Positions 61,478 to 64,000 of a stretch of 64,000 nucleotides of DNA are shown piece after piece. The DNA comes from Blepharisma stoltei ATCC 30299 (lineage: Eukaryota; Protista; Ciliophora). Numbering within the stretch: the first letter of the stretch is position 1; each line of letters starts with the position of its first letter. The stretch lies in assembly GCA_965603825.1 (NCBI GenBank), contig CBFDEM010000052.1, positions 186,001 to 250,000 of the forward strand, read 5' to 3'. Both the position numbers and the translations under genes were made by a program. The notes below the pieces were generated by a model. It saw only the letters and a list, made by a program, of their open reading frames with translations. It did not search any database and was not told the DNA's origin.

Positions 61478-62218
61478 TTATACTACACTTATATCTGCCA
61501 CTTTTTCTTTTTTCTTCATATTTTTGAGCAGTCTCTTAATATTATCCTGATGCTGCAAAATTTCACTTTTTTCTTTTGTTAATTTTAAATTCTCTCTGAA
61601 CTCCTCAGCCGATCCTTGCAGTTTCAAGCTTTCTCAAATTCCTTTTTTCCGGTCAATTTTAATTTTATTCGCTTTCCTATCAATAGTGCTTTCTGCAGAC
61701 TGTTTTGTGGATCTCATGCTGTTTTCAAGCAATTTTTTTTGGACTTCAGTTGAAGTATTTTGTGAAAAATTTGGATTTTGGTTTATTCTCCCACGGCTTG
61801 GATGCCTTTTAGGAAAAAACAACGATTTCGTGGAGTATGAGTGCTTTATTCAATTAATTGGCGTACAATAAGATCCTACAGTCGGAGAGTTTTTCGCAAT
61901 TTCTTCATCTCTCAATTTTTTCATTAAAAGTTTTCTTTTAGGAGGCAAAATAACAGCTTTTCTGCTAGGTGTATAGCTGCTTTGTGCCCGTTTTTCTTTA
62001 AAATTTTCATCTTTATAAGTTATTAATCTCCCAAGCCCATCTCTTTCTTTTATAAAAGGTACAAAAAAATCAAAATTTTTCCCTTCATCTTTTACAGGGC
62101 TTTTTAAAGGGCAAATATCATCAATAACAGACTGTTGTGTTTTTATTACAGAAGTTTGGTTTGGCATCCCCCATTGGTATAGAGAATCTAGATAATTACA
62201 AATCGTTTTGCTTTCCAT
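61478..62218 (-). CDS. Basic hypothetical protein (246 aa)
   Basis: Two track ORFs joined and extended by TGA=W at 61850 and 61634; PTVGSY motif. Confidence 0.6.
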
Positions 62219-62243
62219 AATTATTTATCCTCATCAAAATTAA

Positions 62244-62627
62244 TTATTGTTGTTTAAATCTGCTAGCATCAATTTTAATTCCTGCTTTGACCAATTCTGC
62301 CATATGTTCTAAGTTCTCAAGTCTTTCATCAACATCTTCAATTGTTAAAATAGTGTCAGCATCTTTCTGATAAGTTTCTCCAGGCTTTAATGTCTTTTGT
62401 AATTCTCTATAGAACTTAATAGCTTCATCTGCATCACGTGCATCATATGTAGCAGTGCCACCTTGCTCAATTATATCATTTTTCTTTTGTAAAGTGTCTG
62501 AAAACTCCAAAGGTTCATTAAACTCTGTTTGCAGAAAATAAGCTTTGAATAAGTTATCAGAGCGTAAACTTGTAGATAATGCTACTGAAACAACAAGCGC
62601 ACAAATTATCAAACTGTTAACGGCCAT
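62244..62627 (-). CDS. Small secreted protein (127 aa)
   Basis: Signal peptide MAVNSLIICALVVSVALS followed by an acidic helical region. Confidence 0.7.
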   Translation of the reverse strand: MAVNSLIICALVVSVALSTSLRSDNLFKAYFLQTEFNEPLEFSDTLQKKNDIIEQGGTATYDARDADEAIKFYRELQKTLKPGETYQKDADTILTIEDVDERLENLEHMAELVKAGIKIDASRFKQQ

Positions 62628-62684
62628 TTTAAATATTTAATATCATTTAACTATTTCAAAAAATGTCAATTAACCAATGAGGCT

Positions 62685-64000
62685 TTAACGGTTATCCTCA
62701 ATAGCTTTCAATATATCATCAACAATTTTTCTTTTTTCAGGCTGGAAATAATTCGCAGAAGAAACCAAGCTGTCGACATTTGTGCTTCTGTCTTCGCTAA
62801 ACCTCTTCAAATTCAAAAAAGGGATTTTAGGGAATTTTTTATTTCCAGATAAAAGGATGGCTTCTGAATTCACTTTTTCTTTCGATTTATTCCTTCTTTT
62901 AAGGCGCTTAGGTTTTTCTTTTACTGTTGATAAATGCCTGGATTTAATTGGGGTTAATGATTTTGTTAAATTTGTAATTTCTCTTCTAATTGAAAGCTTG
63001 GTAGGGTTAAGATGTCTGGAAGGGGAATAGTCAAGTCTTTCAGTCCAAGCACCTGCATAATGAATTGGCTCAGTGAATTTTAAGTAGCAGTCGTCACATA
63101 CAAGTGTTTTTTTGTTAAGAAAAACAACATTTTTCTTATGTTTGAGATAATCGAATAAAGTCATTTTTGGGTGATTTCTTGCAATTAATTTGGGGATTTC
63201 TTGAGAATTGGAATCTATCACAAACTTATAGGCAATATCACACATTCTTTCAACTTCACAAGGGTTTTCGCAGTTATTGCATAAAACTGACTTTTGGAGG
63301 GATACAGGATTTTGAGGATTTGAGGAAACTTTTTTAGGGTTCACAGTGTCAGGCAGCTTGGTTAAGCTCACAAGATCTAATGGTTTGCTGGACTGGCAGC
63401 GGACTGAAGTTGCCATTAATAGCCAAAGTCTATCTTTAGCATCAATTTTAAAATGAATTACCATTCTTGATATAGACATCTGATTATCTGTAACAAGCTT
63501 TACATGCTCGACAAGCACTTCCCCTACATTTCTCATATAATTCCTTATTTCAAAGCCTCTCAAAGGCATTACTCTGCTATGATACTCCTCCCCTTCAAAA
63601 GTAACAGCTCTTTCATACAAGTCATACCTCAAATCATACAAATCCTTTGTATTTTCTCTCATCTCAAATAAGCAGATACTTGGACTTCACACCATCTGGA
63701 TCTGGCTATTTTTTATTCCTTTAGGGTCAATAAATTTCTGTAAAATTCCATCTTGTGACTTGTTCCTGTAATGCAAAAAATGCTTGAGTTCTTCAGCTTC
63801 GAAAAATTCTATTTCTCTAATTCCACCTTTACCTATATAAGTGAAATAAGCTACAATCCCAGACTTAGAAACAGACTGAAGAAATGCTTGCTCTATATTT
63901 AAGGTAGTAAGCTGGTCTTTTGGTTTTTTGACAATTGTCCCATCTCCAGATGAATAAAACCATGATCTTGGCTGTTGATGCTTATAAATGACTGTATGTG
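62685..64000 (-). CDS. Conserved-looking uncharacterised protein, possibly ATP-grasp-like; 5'-truncated by window edge
   Basis: Frame open to the window end with one TGA=W. Motifs DGILQKFIDPKG..N, V-W-SP, YERAVTFEG, HFKIDAKDRLWLL, and two CxxC. Confidence 0.7.

Noticed and set aside
1-64000. Selenoprotein explanation for TGA; IES or transposon insertions; telomere repeats; CRISPR or prokaryotic systems
   Set aside because: TGA aligns to Trp, not Cys. No gene is interrupted by TA-bounded inserts, and I saw no transposase ORFs, terminal repeats or arrays.

Overview
This is gene-dense, AT-rich eukaryotic DNA with about 40 protein-coding genes, most likely from the somatic (macronuclear) genome of a heterotrich ciliate of the Blepharisma type. 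Two properties explain why the supplied ORF track is fragmented. (1) TGA is read as Trp: it falls on conserved Trp positions in SMU1, HECT, PDE, K-channel, LRR, RanBP2-finger and mitochondrial-carrier motifs, while every rebuilt gene ends in TAA or TAG. (2) Introns are tiny: GTA...AG, 15 nt (one 17 nt), with an invariant A six bases from the 3' end. Rebuilt genes include CPSF160, an FKBP-TPR immunophilin, SMU1, a PX sorting nexin, an RRM-SPOC (FPA/Spen-like) protein, a mitochondrial carrier, a HECT E3, a membrane PDE, an NT-C2 protein, a C2H2 zinc-finger protein, PP4R4, PUS10, an SK-like K+ channel, an MFS transporter, a PAS multi-pass membrane protein and NFRKB. The most unusual items are: a 59-aa unnamed N-terminal module shared by two neighbouring, otherwise unrelated genes; a USP53/54-like pseudo-deubiquitinase with an array of zinc fingers; a Cys-rich surface protein with about 31 N-glycan sequons in one insert; tandem genes only 14-25 nt apart; a short PUS10; and a run of intergenic hairpins. 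I saw no transposon, IES, telomere, rRNA, tRNA or CRISPR. All family assignments are by eye from remembered motifs; no database search was run.
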